DNA from: a virus
Lineage: Duplodnaviria > Caudoviricetes
IMG/VR virus record: IMGVR_UViG_3300035501_001769
Coordinates: 8,158 to 72,157 of that record
Length of the DNA: 64,000 bases
Reading direction: 5' to 3' (one strand)
The translations under genes and the position numbers were made by a program. Positions within the stretch are counted from its first letter, which is position 1. Each line of letters opens with the position of its first letter. The notes under the pieces are model-generated. The model did no database searches. It saw only the letters and a program-made list of their open reading frames with translations, and was not told the origin of the DNA. This document shows positions 31,401 through 41,287 of the stretch, one piece after another.

Positions 31401-34334
31401 GTTAGCCTCAGAAGATGCCTTTGTAACCCAATAGAATGTTTGACGGTCTGCCTCGCTTGAAGATGCTTTCTGAAGGTCTGTCACTGTGCCAACCCAAGGA
31501 CTGATATGTGTACTGTGAAGATAGAAGAAATTGAACGCTTCTTGGAAATACGAAATAGATTCAGTATTACCCATAACAACTTCCCACTGCTTTGTGCCAT
31601 TATAATAAATAACATCATCAGACAGTGTAACATCATCATTCCAAGGAACGCGGTGGTTGGTTAGTGGCGTACCGTTGTCACAACCTTCCAACATCAAATA
31701 TTCAGGGAACACATTCTTATCATATCCGAAAGTAGGTTTATCACCCTTGCCCGGACCAAATGTGTATAAGCCGTAAAATGTAGGTTCATCGCTCTCGGCT
31801 GAACGTGTAAAAACAAGGAAAGGTTTCTGAACGACCGTAACACGACAATCTTCAAATCCTTCAGTGTTTGTGATATAAGAACCGCCTGTACACTTCTTCC
31901 ATAGGTCTGTATAGAGATTAACACAACCCATTTTGTGAGATTGCATAGATGATGCCCAGTTACGTTTTGCAACGTTCTTAACGGAGTAGGGAACACCATC
32001 CATAAGCTGATATGCCGCGCCTCTGTTTACGCCATTCTCATCAAGCCAATAAGTAGCTGAGGTATTAGCAAATTGGAAGTTCCACATCCAGTATGAACGT
32101 GATGACGTACCTTGACCGGTGGTTTTAACCTGATAAAGCGTTCCTGAGTGTGAAGGGTCATCAATTATATGAATTTGAACATCATTAGTATATGCAACAT
32201 TACCGGTTGAGTAAGAAGGAACTGTGCCGGTAATCACCATCGTGTTATATTTGTCGTATGCCTTTGTATAGCTAATAGTGTTGTCATCACCTAAGATGGC
32301 ATTAGCCTCACGATATTCAAGTTTCTCGGCAACGGTAGACATTGCCGCCATGCAATCTTGTCGTATATCATTAGCTGATAAAGATTTACGATAGACACGC
32401 AAACTATAAATATCAATATCCGAAGTATCGTTGCCAATGCGAATACCCATAGAGGTCTGCTTACCGTTTACATATTGCACGAACTTATCTGTCGTGGTCC
32501 ACATAAACTCACGGTTAATAGTACCGTTGATGAACAAGCGCACATAGTTACATGACGTGTTGTTGATACCGTAAATGATATTAACAGCCAAGTGGGTACG
32601 CACACCTTCTTGCCATGCTACATCTTGGTCATCATGCACACGGTTGTTTTGTGTCATGAAGCAACCATCAGTCGGGTTCATCTCAAAACCAAGCGGCAGA
32701 GAGTCGTTCATGTAAGAACACATACGCAAGATAGCTGCATCCATATCAGTTACATTTCGTGTTGCAAAATCCAACTCGATAGTAACTGAATTACGCATAT
32801 CGGTAATAAAGTCCTGATATGGCTCGTAGTCAATCGTAAGAGAACGACCGGCAAGCACTCTTAAACAGCGGTTGCCATCTTCATCAGTTACCCAACCGTC
32901 AGTTTTGAATTTAAAGCCGGACCAAGTGGAGCTAACAGTTGAATTATCAGCAGTATTGATAATTGTAGCCGGGTTGGTTTCATCATTGGTGCGTAGACGA
33001 GGATTGAGAACAAAGTCAGCTCCCGAAGTAGGTGAAAAGTTGTCTTGATTGTCAACCTGAAGGTCGATCATCGTGCGGATCTCCGATTCACCCGAATAGA
33101 AATGCAAGTAAGCATCTACGGTGGTGTCATCGCTGTCAATTTCTACGAAGTTTGTCAGCTCATATTTGGTGCTGTTCGCTACGTTGCCAAGGTCGAGCTG
33201 CATATACTGTTCAGTGCCTTTGTAGTTGCTTAATAGAATACTAAAAGGTGTTGTTTCGGCATTGGGGTTATAGATAGAGTAGCTGAACAATGTCTGAGAT
33301 GTCCAGTTGGTCGGCGTTTTATTGACATCGTTTAGAAGCAAGTAAACGGTTTTATCCGTCTTATCAGTAATCACCAAAACTTCAGTAGTAACAACATCAC
33401 TAACGACATCAGAATCGTCTACTGTAAGCCACGCTTTAATCGTGTGAATACCCTGAGTGACAACCTTATTCTTGTCGGCAGATGTGTCTGTTACTTCAAC
33501 CTGTCGGGGAGATTCAGTGTAGACAGCTGTACCAAGTGAATAGGCGTATGTTCGCGCTCCATCATCAATACTGATATTCAGCGTTTTCTTGATTGCACCT
33601 GTAATGTAGTAGCTGAGGAAAATCGTACCTGTATCAAAAGGCTTTTCCCATTGAGTTGCCGCTGTAAGTTTGAGCGTTGTTTTGGTTACGTTAAACTGAA
33701 GATAGCGTGTGCTTAACTCAGTAGTGTCGCCCTTAACAATGATACGAACTTGCTGTGTGCCTGTACTCAACATATTCGTAATATCCACCTCAGTCCACGA
33801 AGATGAATCAGCAGCCAAAGAAGATACAGCCACCGTACCCTTAGTTGCCCATGTAGCTGTTGATGAGCTACGTGTTTGCACGGTCAAAGTACCACCTTCA
33901 GTTGTGTCTTGTGTTGATTGCGTGATGGGGTTGTACTCTTGCGAGGTAAATCGGATATTGATTTTAACCGTATTATCAGTGGTTACAATATCGCTTGATG
34001 AATCTCGGTAAAGGTTAACGATATAGCTGACAGCCGATGAACCGCTACCTGTATCGGGCAAGGCTACATCACTTAAAAGCAAATCAGCATACGTGTCTTG
34101 GTCGCTGTTCCATTCGAGATAATCTGATTCTGAAGCAAAACCGTAGATGTGGTAGTTGTTATCACTACCTTTCTCGTCAGACCGTTTAAAATAAGCCGGT
34201 TTTTTGGCGAGAGCTTCCTGCGTATCAGCTTCAATTTGCTCAAACTGGGATATGATGAAGGCTTGAATTTGTGAGCCTGTAAATCCATCCCAGTTCGTTT
34301 CCCTATCCGGAATCTGCGAATTGGTTGTTGCCAT
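28401..34334 (-). CDS. DGR target: 1977-aa tail adhesin/receptor-binding protein with C-terminal C-type-lectin-fold VR domain
   Basis: Contains the VR and a WFLPNLGDL...YWS...VRAVVAF CLec-type ending; LRR-like and Ig-like segments upstream; in the tail operon. Confidence 0.9.
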   Translation of the reverse strand: MATTNSQIPDRETNWDGFTGSQIQAFIISQFEQIEADTQEALAKKPAYFKRSDEKGSDNNYHIYGFASESDYLEWNSDQDTYADLLLSDVALPDTGSGSSAVSYIVNLYRDSSSDIVTTDNTVKINIRFTSQEYNPITQSTQDTTEGGTLTVQTRSSSTATWATKGTVAVSSLAADSSSWTEVDITNMLSTGTQQVRIIVKGDTTELSTRYLQFNVTKTTLKLTAATQWEKPFDTGTIFLSYYITGAIKKTLNISIDDGARTYAYSLGTAVYTESPRQVEVTDTSADKNKVVTQGIHTIKAWLTVDDSDVVSDVVTTEVLVITDKTDKTVYLLLNDVNKTPTNWTSQTLFSYSIYNPNAETTPFSILLSNYKGTEQYMQLDLGNVANSTKYELTNFVEIDSDDTTVDAYLHFYSGESEIRTMIDLQVDNQDNFSPTSGADFVLNPRLRTNDETNPATIINTADNSTVSSTWSGFKFKTDGWVTDEDGNRCLRVLAGRSLTIDYEPYQDFITDMRNSVTIELDFATRNVTDMDAAILRMCSYMNDSLPLGFEMNPTDGCFMTQNNRVHDDQDVAWQEGVRTHLAVNIIYGINNTSCNYVRLFINGTINREFMWTTTDKFVQYVNGKQTSMGIRIGNDTSDIDIYSLRVYRKSLSANDIRQDCMAAMSTVAEKLEYREANAILGDDNTISYTKAYDKYNTMVITGTVPSYSTGNVAYTNDVQIHIIDDPSHSGTLYQVKTTGQGTSSRSYWMWNFQFANTSATYWLDENGVNRGAAYQLMDGVPYSVKNVAKRNWASSMQSHKMGCVNLYTDLWKKCTGGSYITNTEGFEDCRVTVVQKPFLVFTRSAESDEPTFYGLYTFGPGKGDKPTFGYDKNVFPEYLMLEGCDNGTPLTNHRVPWNDDVTLSDDVIYYNGTKQWEVVMGNTESISYFQEAFNFFYLHSTHISPWVGTVTDLQKASSSEADRQTFYWVTKASSEANQFDLYRYDTLTSQWVDAGVAKKGEGQYEKLNIASQTGIYPSGSLWENINEQFVNARITDFKEQASDYINVEDGLYHSNFIKLKAASDNRAKNTYLYLTYKNDKLVIHWAQDDLDTIFATDNVGRKNKPYYVEEHDVDSSNATYWNGEQNALYDLIELAYPTELRSMMNTMFAQMADLAKDSSYDDKVFGCMDKYFFSTQRYFPAVAYNENARISYEAASAVWGNGYTGSTHPITQSLGDQLQCEMQWVKLRLKYLQSYASYGDFAMNGSNSLTFRSITTLAGAQPEYSFDLVPHIWLYPAISTGSSLAYGRDTNGKSYSTPQRVKAGEAFTLSGVNSDGNTNIQLCGIDNYRSIGEFGNKPIEGDGFTVAGERLTEFHASQQPIEFRPPKITVTAPLLKVFDINGASSVNGNIDFSDLTRLEEILIGGTSVTSIKVGQPSIITKLQLPSTLTNLSLVDYEALTSNNFSIEGVGSMQEFEFSNCPNLNCQSIIAEICDSDDFGLTKCVIKNVDWTNFSVNHLMKLAELPDITLTGKIACSTDKTQIITFENKRKLIEKFGNIDDVNNPIYITYTAYNLTSLSIASERYYDKVGTYQLSITPSTVNANTFTNISWSMTATNYATINSATGELTVNKVGTEETHPDAEVTVVATLINGEKLTKTATICFYEHKCKVGDYVFADGTFSDVLNTAKTPVGICFYINPDDKSQRLAVALSDISTSSIWGLYFNSGWSEGSSNDANYNVRNIELADTPGYSVYNIPTIVDITSTGLYNSQGSGTSYITDDSYRDENYGDADGFKVPNVNTAVAEIGFTTLTSEVGDYKIGDVIPKGLRNTLNIIKHRNTILGDSSVNLQIPCATDKMTELESLNSLMAEIVTEKGSSKYQQYYYPAASFCYAYQPKVKSGETLSPLFKTGKWFLPNLGDLGRLYWYHSKGYNVDTQNAIFAKAVSDGVFTQLTSTYYWSALEYSALLAWSIYFGNGNVNYYYNKYNSYRVRAVVAF
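28407..28518 (-). repeat. DGR variable repeat (VR) at the target C-terminus
   Basis: Encodes SALEYSALLAWSIYFGNGNVNYYYNKYNSYRVRAVVA; differs from TR only at adenines. Confidence 0.97.
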
Positions 34335-34355
34335 AGTGTAATGTTAGTTATATTA

Positions 34356-34541
34356 TTATTTAGATTTCCAAGTGTCAGTGCTTTTCCAAGTCTTATCGCT
34401 ACGCCAAATACCTGTACCAAAGCACGATGAAACTGCCGACCATATAAGTCTTGCAGTGGTTTTAGCACCAACATAGAGAGTCGAAACGTTCTTTGTTCCG
34501 ACTCTCAATTGGCTGACAGTTTTATTGCCTATTAGAAACAT
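34356..34541 (-). CDS. Small tail-associated protein
   Basis: 61 aa with SCFGTGIWRSDKTW..W; coupled to neighbours. Confidence 0.6.
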   Translation of the reverse strand: MFLIGNKTVSQLRVGTKNVSTLYVGAKTTARLIWSAVSSCFGTGIWRSDKTWKSTDTWKSK

Positions 34542-34744
34542 TAGCTTTCTTCCGCTATAAAGTAAATCTGTCCTTCAACGATTTGGTTTTGCGCAATCAT
34601 AGTTTCAAGAGCTTCTTCACTCTCAACTTCGATAGGCGTGTTAAGGTTAATTTGGTTGACAAGCTGATTGAACTCAGCGGCAGTCAATTTACCATTGGCT
34701 GTTAAGCCGTTGTTTTCTACTTTATTACCAATATCAAGTGCCAT
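34541..34744 (-). CDS. Small tail-associated protein
   Basis: 67 aa with GKLTAAEFNQLV; 1-nt overlap with the next gene. Confidence 0.6.
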   Translation of the reverse strand: MALDIGNKVENNGLTANGKLTAAEFNQLVNQINLNTPIEVESEEALETMIAQNQIVEGQIYFIAEES

Positions 34745-34756
34745 TATGAAACCTGT

Positions 34757-37165
34757 TTAAAAAAGAATAGGGAAAAAGTAGGGGAAAGAGGCACCGTCAA
34801 TAGTAGAAATTTCGCACACATAAGCCTCAGAACCCGATATTTTTCCATTAAGAGTAAGTGTCTTGCTAAAACGGTCGATGGTAGTTCCCATCGGAATCCC
34901 ATTGTCATTGTAGATTGTTGTCACCCACCAGTTTTCAACCTCGTTCTCGGTGTCAGGGATTAAATACTTGCGCCACTGATAGGTAAAATGTTCTGCTACA
35001 AAGTCATCATCAACCGGCTCACCATGATACAAGACTTGCGCAGTAAGAACCGTGCTGCACGTACCGTTTTTGAATGTCGTACCACCTGAAGATGTAATCT
35101 TGACGGTGTAGCCATCCATCTGATATTTGCGAATGGTAGCTGTGTCAGTGTATTCTTGCGATTGATAAGTTACAACCACTTTGATAGTGAGTGTACTTGC
35201 CATGTCGCTCCACATATCGTTATCAGGATAGATTGTAAGCTGCGTATGCCCTGAATTAAAGTTAGGGGTGTCCTCAATCTCGATATACTTGCCATCTTTC
35301 TCATAATACCATTTGCGAGTTGCAGCTGTGGCATAGATGTTGGTTTCGGTCAGCTTTAATGTAATGTAGTCGGGAGAATACAATATGCCGGCTTCACTAC
35401 TGCCCATAACCGCAAATGTGTCGGCACCTGAAAGAGAGATGTGTTTGTTTTCAATTTGGTGCTGCGTGTCTTGGTTGAAGTTATCCCAATTGAGCGTTAC
35501 ATTGCTGCCAAACTTAACCTTGCCATCTTCATCCCAGCTAATATTGCCTTTAGCAACGTGTCCTTCTCCTGTCGGCTCTATGCGGAATGTGTCACCCCTT
35601 GAAGCAATAGACCCATCAGAATTAAGCTGTAATAGAGGGTTTTGCATTGTACCACCAATACCACCCTTACTGAACCATGCGCCATAATCATCTGAAGGAA
35701 CTACGGTTGCATCGGTCGGCTGATATTGGGTTACATATTCACCGCTTTCCAATTGAGGGGCGGCAATGGCTATCTCAGCGGTATAAATACCTGATTCAGA
35801 ACTTGATGCCGTTTCGTAGTTAGGTACAATACTGAACTGTAAATCGGTGTCTGCCGCAGCTTGTAGCTTGAATGTGCATGAATAGCGTTTCCAAGCAAAT
35901 GTATTTCCCCAAGAGATTGCAAAGCTACCGACCGTATTGTTATTCTGAGTGACCGTTAATGTACAAGCCTTCTTAGCATATAGCCAAAAAGAGAGCGTAT
36001 AAGTTTCGCCAACTCTCTCAGCTAACCATTCGGCTTCCTGAGCTTTAACTGTGGCATAAACGGTAACAGCAAGCTGCTTGCCTACGCCTGTCGGGTTTTC
36101 AGGTACTTCGTTGTTAGATGTTTTAGCTGCTACTACTTCATAATCCAACGAATTAAGGAACGCATTACGGTGAATTTTACCGGCATAGAAAGTTGCACCA
36201 AAGCCGTTCTCATCTCCTGCCGTTAATGTGCCTGAAACGTGCGCTCCCTGCGTTGCGTACATCTGATTGAAGTGTGCGCCATAGCCTTTCAGTTCACCAA
36301 ACACAGGGTCAGTTACGCCATCCAACTTACCGATACGCATTTGGCTTGAATTGGCAAACCCAAGCAAGCTGTTAACCCTGATAATGTTGAAGTCTGAAAT
36401 ATAAATCGTTGTGTCCTTTGCCAGAGCTTTCAAGTCAAGCGTAAATGAACGCTCGTGTCTGCCTGAATTGGCTACCTGAACAAGCTGGACTTTGTATGCC
36501 CAATCTTTAGTGATAGAAACAGTTTGTTTGCTGTCAACTTTAGAACCGGTGGAGTAACCGAACTTAACATCTAAGGTTTGTTCCTCAGAGCCTTTAATCC
36601 AATATGATACCAACACAAATTCAGCTGCATCAATCAGAGTGTTAAATGATTGTTTTAGCTGACAGGTGGTTTTGGTGTCATCAACTTTCTTGGTTATTTT
36701 GCATACACGGTTACGGCTTTGGTCTGTGTCATCGTAACTGAGAGAAAGTAAACTACTGCCATCGAACATATATTGGTTATTGTCCGCTACAACCGAAGTG
36801 GATATACCTTCAGGCCAACACAAGCTGCTTGATTTGCCGATATTGTCGATAATATCCATGTAGGGTGCTTTATCATCAGAAGCTGTGAGATATAACGCGC
36901 CTAAACGGTCCTCATCAAACAAGTTGGTCATGCGTACAAAATCAAGCAATTCACCGTTGGAAGGAGCACCGCCATCAAGCAACAAGCCAACAAAGTAGCT
37001 GTTTTCCACTTCGCAACTCGACTCCACGACAACCATCAGGGAGTAGATTAAGTTATTGCCATCCCAGTATTGCCTTCTCACCACATCTCCGACTTGCAAG
37101 CTCTGTTGTTTCTTGCTGTCGGAGTTGAGTGAGATTTTATATAATTCGTAATCCTTAATTGCCAT
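34757..37165 (-). CDS. Tail protein with carbohydrate-binding-module-like domains
   Basis: 802 aa; VSYWIKGSE, YTLSFWLYAK, PQLESGEYVTQYQP jelly-roll-like segments. Confidence 0.65.
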   Translation of the reverse strand: MAIKDYELYKISLNSDSKKQQSLQVGDVVRRQYWDGNNLIYSLMVVVESSCEVENSYFVGLLLDGGAPSNGELLDFVRMTNLFDEDRLGALYLTASDDKAPYMDIIDNIGKSSSLCWPEGISTSVVADNNQYMFDGSSLLSLSYDDTDQSRNRVCKITKKVDDTKTTCQLKQSFNTLIDAAEFVLVSYWIKGSEEQTLDVKFGYSTGSKVDSKQTVSITKDWAYKVQLVQVANSGRHERSFTLDLKALAKDTTIYISDFNIIRVNSLLGFANSSQMRIGKLDGVTDPVFGELKGYGAHFNQMYATQGAHVSGTLTAGDENGFGATFYAGKIHRNAFLNSLDYEVVAAKTSNNEVPENPTGVGKQLAVTVYATVKAQEAEWLAERVGETYTLSFWLYAKKACTLTVTQNNNTVGSFAISWGNTFAWKRYSCTFKLQAAADTDLQFSIVPNYETASSSESGIYTAEIAIAAPQLESGEYVTQYQPTDATVVPSDDYGAWFSKGGIGGTMQNPLLQLNSDGSIASRGDTFRIEPTGEGHVAKGNISWDEDGKVKFGSNVTLNWDNFNQDTQHQIENKHISLSGADTFAVMGSSEAGILYSPDYITLKLTETNIYATAATRKWYYEKDGKYIEIEDTPNFNSGHTQLTIYPDNDMWSDMASTLTIKVVVTYQSQEYTDTATIRKYQMDGYTVKITSSGGTTFKNGTCSTVLTAQVLYHGEPVDDDFVAEHFTYQWRKYLIPDTENEVENWWVTTIYNDNGIPMGTTIDRFSKTLTLNGKISGSEAYVCEISTIDGASFPYFFPILF

Positions 37166-38875
37166 TTATGATATTTTTTCTACTGTATCGCCTGAGCATG
37201 AATCAGATACCCATAAAGAGCCGTTTGTACTCTTAATCGTCTGTACTTCAAGCTCATATATTCGCATCTTACGCCTAACGGTCAATTCATCGAAAGTAGC
37301 TGTCACCGTAGCACCTGAATTGCTGATTTGCCAACCATAACCGGCAAAACCTGAAGCAAAACTCTGCGTTCCCAAAGTGCCGGTATAGTAGACATTGCCT
37401 GTTTGGAGCATACCTTCAGTAACCCCTTCGATAGCAACACCGTCAGCAAAGAATAGCTTGTTTTCGCCTAAGTACGTAGTGTAATTATCACTAATAATTG
37501 AAAAACGTGGTGACGAGATTTGCTTTTCAAAGTAGAACCGAGCTACATCAGTATTAAGAATTACACTCTTTGATGTTTCACCGTCTATGTTAACTGACAG
37601 ATAGCCGGCAGATGTGGTAAAGTGAAAATCACCATCGGTTGAACTGATATAAGAACTATCCTTATCACCAAGTCTTACACGTTTTGGCAGCAACACACCA
37701 TAATCAGAAGTATTGACGTAGTATGTTGAAAAGGCTAATGAGTTTGTGCCTGAATCGCTATAAGCTGATAAGCCATGAAAGCTACCTATGCCCTCTTTTG
37801 AAATAATAACATAATCATTAGTGTAATTTTTCAGACCTGCTGCAAGGGTAAGGTAGGTGGCGTTTTTGCCGATAGTCATTGAGTAACCCGACATAGAACC
37901 CACCGCCAAGTTAACCACATTACCTTCGTGATAGAGTAGGGGTGAACCGCCTAATAATAGGCTGTGGTTATCAAGGTCAAGGTCTGTTCCGAGTTTAAGC
38001 TGCTCATCATAGCTGTAAAGTAATTCAGTGTCGTTATCTCCAAGGCTAAACCCCTTCAGAGCTTTAAGTGTATTGCCAAAGGTTGATTCACCTTCAACGG
38101 ATAAATTACCTGAAACAATACCGTTAGCCATATACCAATCAACTGAAGGCAGGTTGCTGTTTCCGCTATGCCAGTAAGTGCAATCCCATCCGTCATAATG
38201 ACCGAATATTCCTTTGGTTGTAATGCTTGTGTTGCCTATTGTGAATGTTCCATCTGAAGGCAAGTTAACATTGCCTTTCAACAATATGCCATCCGAGCCG
38301 CCATTAACAACCGTCTGACCATTGATAAAAAATAATGTTTGATTATCGCCCAAATACAACCCATTAGTTGTAAGATGAAGCAATCCATTAACTGTGGCTA
38401 CATCGCTTACGATTAATTGACCACCTACGGCTAATTTGCCGTTTATTTGCGCTAATTTCGCCTTGTCGCTGTCAGTTGATACCTTGAATATCGTAAAACC
38501 ATCAACGCCGGCAGAGAAGCCGTAAAGAGCTGAGAGCTGCCCTGCCATTGAATCACCTGCGCGTTGAACATAACCGGCATTTGTAGATGTTGAACCTGAC
38601 TCTGCATCAGGCGTAAGAACACCGGCAATAGCGTTTGCCATTGCGTAGGCTTGGTTCTTCATCATCACATCTGTATGCTCGCTTAGTTTCTGCTGAACGG
38701 CATCTAAGTAGGCTTGTGTTGGTTCAAGATTCTCATCCAGTTCAACCTCATTATCGGAGAAGTCGGGGGCATCGCTTTCTTTAGCGTTTGCCATCATCGT
38801 CACAAAACCTGTGTATAGATGTTGCAACGCTGAACCATCAGGTATGTTTGCTATGTTTGAGTCAAGTACAGCCAT
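37166..38875 (-). CDS. Tail/central spike-associated structural protein
   Basis: FASGFAGYGWQI...FDELTVRRKMRIYEL motif typical of Bacteroidota phage tail proteins. Confidence 0.6.
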   Translation of the reverse strand: MAVLDSNIANIPDGSALQHLYTGFVTMMANAKESDAPDFSDNEVELDENLEPTQAYLDAVQQKLSEHTDVMMKNQAYAMANAIAGVLTPDAESGSTSTNAGYVQRAGDSMAGQLSALYGFSAGVDGFTIFKVSTDSDKAKLAQINGKLAVGGQLIVSDVATVNGLLHLTTNGLYLGDNQTLFFINGQTVVNGGSDGILLKGNVNLPSDGTFTIGNTSITTKGIFGHYDGWDCTYWHSGNSNLPSVDWYMANGIVSGNLSVEGESTFGNTLKALKGFSLGDNDTELLYSYDEQLKLGTDLDLDNHSLLLGGSPLLYHEGNVVNLAVGSMSGYSMTIGKNATYLTLAAGLKNYTNDYVIISKEGIGSFHGLSAYSDSGTNSLAFSTYYVNTSDYGVLLPKRVRLGDKDSSYISSTDGDFHFTTSAGYLSVNIDGETSKSVILNTDVARFYFEKQISSPRFSIISDNYTTYLGENKLFFADGVAIEGVTEGMLQTGNVYYTGTLGTQSFASGFAGYGWQISNSGATVTATFDELTVRRKMRIYELEVQTIKSTNGSLWVSDSCSGDTVEKIS

Positions 38876-39831
38876 TATTGTTTGATTATTACGCTTTTAG
38901 ATAGGAAACCTGAAGTGCTTGCTTTGTAGGCATCCACTTTGGCTTTAAGAGCAATGAAATTAGCGAAATTAATAGGTGGTTGAGGACCCATCATAGTTGT
39001 TGTTGTAAGCTGACCGAGATAGCCTAACATATCAGATAAGATACTTGCAAGCTGTACGCCCAAAACGGCAGCTTCACCGCTATCTCCACCGACATATACT
39101 TGACTGTCTGTTACTTTGACTGAATAGCCGCCAACGGTTGATGTAACTTCATCGCTCGTAACCATGTGGGAAGCACTTCCATTTGAAACGCTTACACCAT
39201 CACCACTCATATATACATCAGTTTCTCCGATAGCAATTTCCGAGTCTGTTGCGGTAGTGGTCTGAATAACACTATTACCGTCAGTATCAGCAACTTGGGT
39301 GGTAATAGTGTCTTTGGTCATGTCGATGCCTGTCTGATTGCCGGTCAATGCCAAATCTGAAATGTCATCACCTTCTTCGTCATCCAAGTCAAACTCCTCA
39401 CGTTCAGCAACTCCGATGTGAACTTCCTCGTGTGAATCCAACTGAATACGTTGTACGTGCGAATACATACACACGTACTCTTTTAGCGTAGCCGGATCAC
39501 ACACGATAACCACCTCAGAATATAGTCTGGGAATGATTATCATGCCGTTTGAGTTATCTTGAATTGCGCTGAGATAAACACCTTCATGATAACCTTGACC
39601 TTCAGCAATATTTTCATCATCCAAAAAATCATCACCGAACTCCTGCACATCAATCGTACCGGCTAAATCTCCTTCAGTATTAATTTTAGCCACATACCCC
39701 ACCACACGCTCCATATTTCGTACAGTGCCTGTGTTGGGGTTTACGATATTTCTTAATGCAATGTTTTCGATTAGTGTGGCAAGCGTTTTCGCGCTCGAAC
39801 CAACCTGAGTTGTGCCAGTATTATTACTCAT
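38875..39831 (-). CDS. Baseplate spike (gpV/gp5-like)
   Basis: OB-like N-terminus (IIPRLYSEVVI), beta-helix-like repeats, GDSGEAAVLG C-terminus; follows the hub gene. Confidence 0.65.
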   Translation of the reverse strand: MSNNTGTTQVGSSAKTLATLIENIALRNIVNPNTGTVRNMERVVGYVAKINTEGDLAGTIDVQEFGDDFLDDENIAEGQGYHEGVYLSAIQDNSNGMIIIPRLYSEVVIVCDPATLKEYVCMYSHVQRIQLDSHEEVHIGVAEREEFDLDDEEGDDISDLALTGNQTGIDMTKDTITTQVADTDGNSVIQTTTATDSEIAIGETDVYMSGDGVSVSNGSASHMVTSDEVTSTVGGYSVKVTDSQVYVGGDSGEAAVLGVQLASILSDMLGYLGQLTTTTMMGPQPPINFANFIALKAKVDAYKASTSGFLSKSVIIKQ

Positions 39832-41287
39832 CAGTTATCTTAGATTTAATACAGTATGGGAATGTAAGACTTTGACGATAACCGCCTGTACCAAACGATG
39901 TATTGACTTCACCAACAAGATAAATGCCGTTTTTATCATCATAGCGGTCATCTTTAAGTTGTACTATCTCACCGCTCTTAATTGCATAATCGCCAAAAAT
40001 GGTTAGACTTCCATCAATACCGTTCATGTTAATTGAAGAATAGAACGCAATCGCCTCATCCAGTAACTTATCATGACTGAGATTATCTTTCTTTGCAATG
40101 TAGGTCATGACGGTGTAAGAAGATAAATCCACCTTGCTCTCGCCCTTACTACAAACTTTCACACCCTTCTTACGCGCCTTCTTAGATATTTTTGTTTCAT
40201 TCAGGATTTGCCATTGGTCTGTTGATGACATTGATTCATCCCAGTCAGGCTTTTTGCGAATGGTTAGCTGATAGGTTTTTGTTGGCTGTCCTTTACTGTC
40301 ATTCTCCTTACAAATAGCATGAACCGCCAAAAAGTCTTTGTTAGGCTTCATGGTGGTTAGTCCGTTGTTCGCTACGTTATAAGCAAAATCAATAACGTGT
40401 GATACTTGTGGGTTGTCAGTAATCAAAGAATCAGGACCGGGGTTAGAGAAGTACGAGCGTTTAACTGCAAGGTAGGGTGTATCATTCTCAAACACAAGGT
40501 AAGCAAATATCTTTTCTTTCGCCCACTTGTTGATGACATCGTAAATAGTTAAGTCAGTTGTTAACTTAGTAGCACCAACAACAATATCAGCATCAGTTTT
40601 ATAATTGTCGGGGTGAAGCTGTAAACCTGACTTTGCCAATAAGTTATGCTGACCGCTCTTATTGCCTAACAACTGAGCGACTGTAAGCGATGAGCCAAAG
40701 TTTTTATTGGGGCATGAAATCTGCTTTAACTTGGTGGTCAGGCTTTCACATCTCAGTGTTATAGGCTGGTCGATACTGCATTTGGTAATAAAACCATCAA
40801 ACATCAGCGTAAGATATGTGCGATATATTCCGAGTGTTTCCTTGCTTGTAAATATCGACTTCTTACCGCTCTTAATTTTAGCCATTGCCGCCACCGATGG
40901 GTCAGTTGTATAGCCTAAACTAATTCTAATGCGAGAATCAACTGCAAAGGTATTTGTTGTAGCTGCTTCGGTGGTTGTGCGAGTTTCATAGATAATACCC
41001 TTAGAATCTCGTGTTGCCGATACGCCTGTATTGTTCTCTTTCAGCTCCTGTTCTACCGCACTGTCAATTGTTTTTCTGATAATTGTACCGCGTGGAAATG
41101 TAAGAGTGGCTTCATCAACCAGATTAGTATAAGCGTTCTTAATCTGGATATTCTCACATTCTGCTATTAATGTCGGAGATGTTGATGGGGTAGCCAGAGG
41201 ATTGTCTTTATCAACATCCTCCGGCTTCCATATTTCAATCAGACAAATCAGAATGTGATAACTGGGTTGTTCTGAATTGTAAGTCAT
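39824..41287 (-). CDS. Baseplate hub protein (gp27/gpD-like)
   Basis: IRISLGY, FDGFITKC, DGSLTIFGD...GEIVQL...GIYLVGEVNTSFGTGGYRQ. Confidence 0.7.
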   Translation of the reverse strand: MTYNSEQPSYHILICLIEIWKPEDVDKDNPLATPSTSPTLIAECENIQIKNAYTNLVDEATLTFPRGTIIRKTIDSAVEQELKENNTGVSATRDSKGIIYETRTTTEAATTNTFAVDSRIRISLGYTTDPSVAAMAKIKSGKKSIFTSKETLGIYRTYLTLMFDGFITKCSIDQPITLRCESLTTKLKQISCPNKNFGSSLTVAQLLGNKSGQHNLLAKSGLQLHPDNYKTDADIVVGATKLTTDLTIYDVINKWAKEKIFAYLVFENDTPYLAVKRSYFSNPGPDSLITDNPQVSHVIDFAYNVANNGLTTMKPNKDFLAVHAICKENDSKGQPTKTYQLTIRKKPDWDESMSSTDQWQILNETKISKKARKKGVKVCSKGESKVDLSSYTVMTYIAKKDNLSHDKLLDEAIAFYSSINMNGIDGSLTIFGDYAIKSGEIVQLKDDRYDDKNGIYLVGEVNTSFGTGGYRQSLTFPYCIKSKITDE

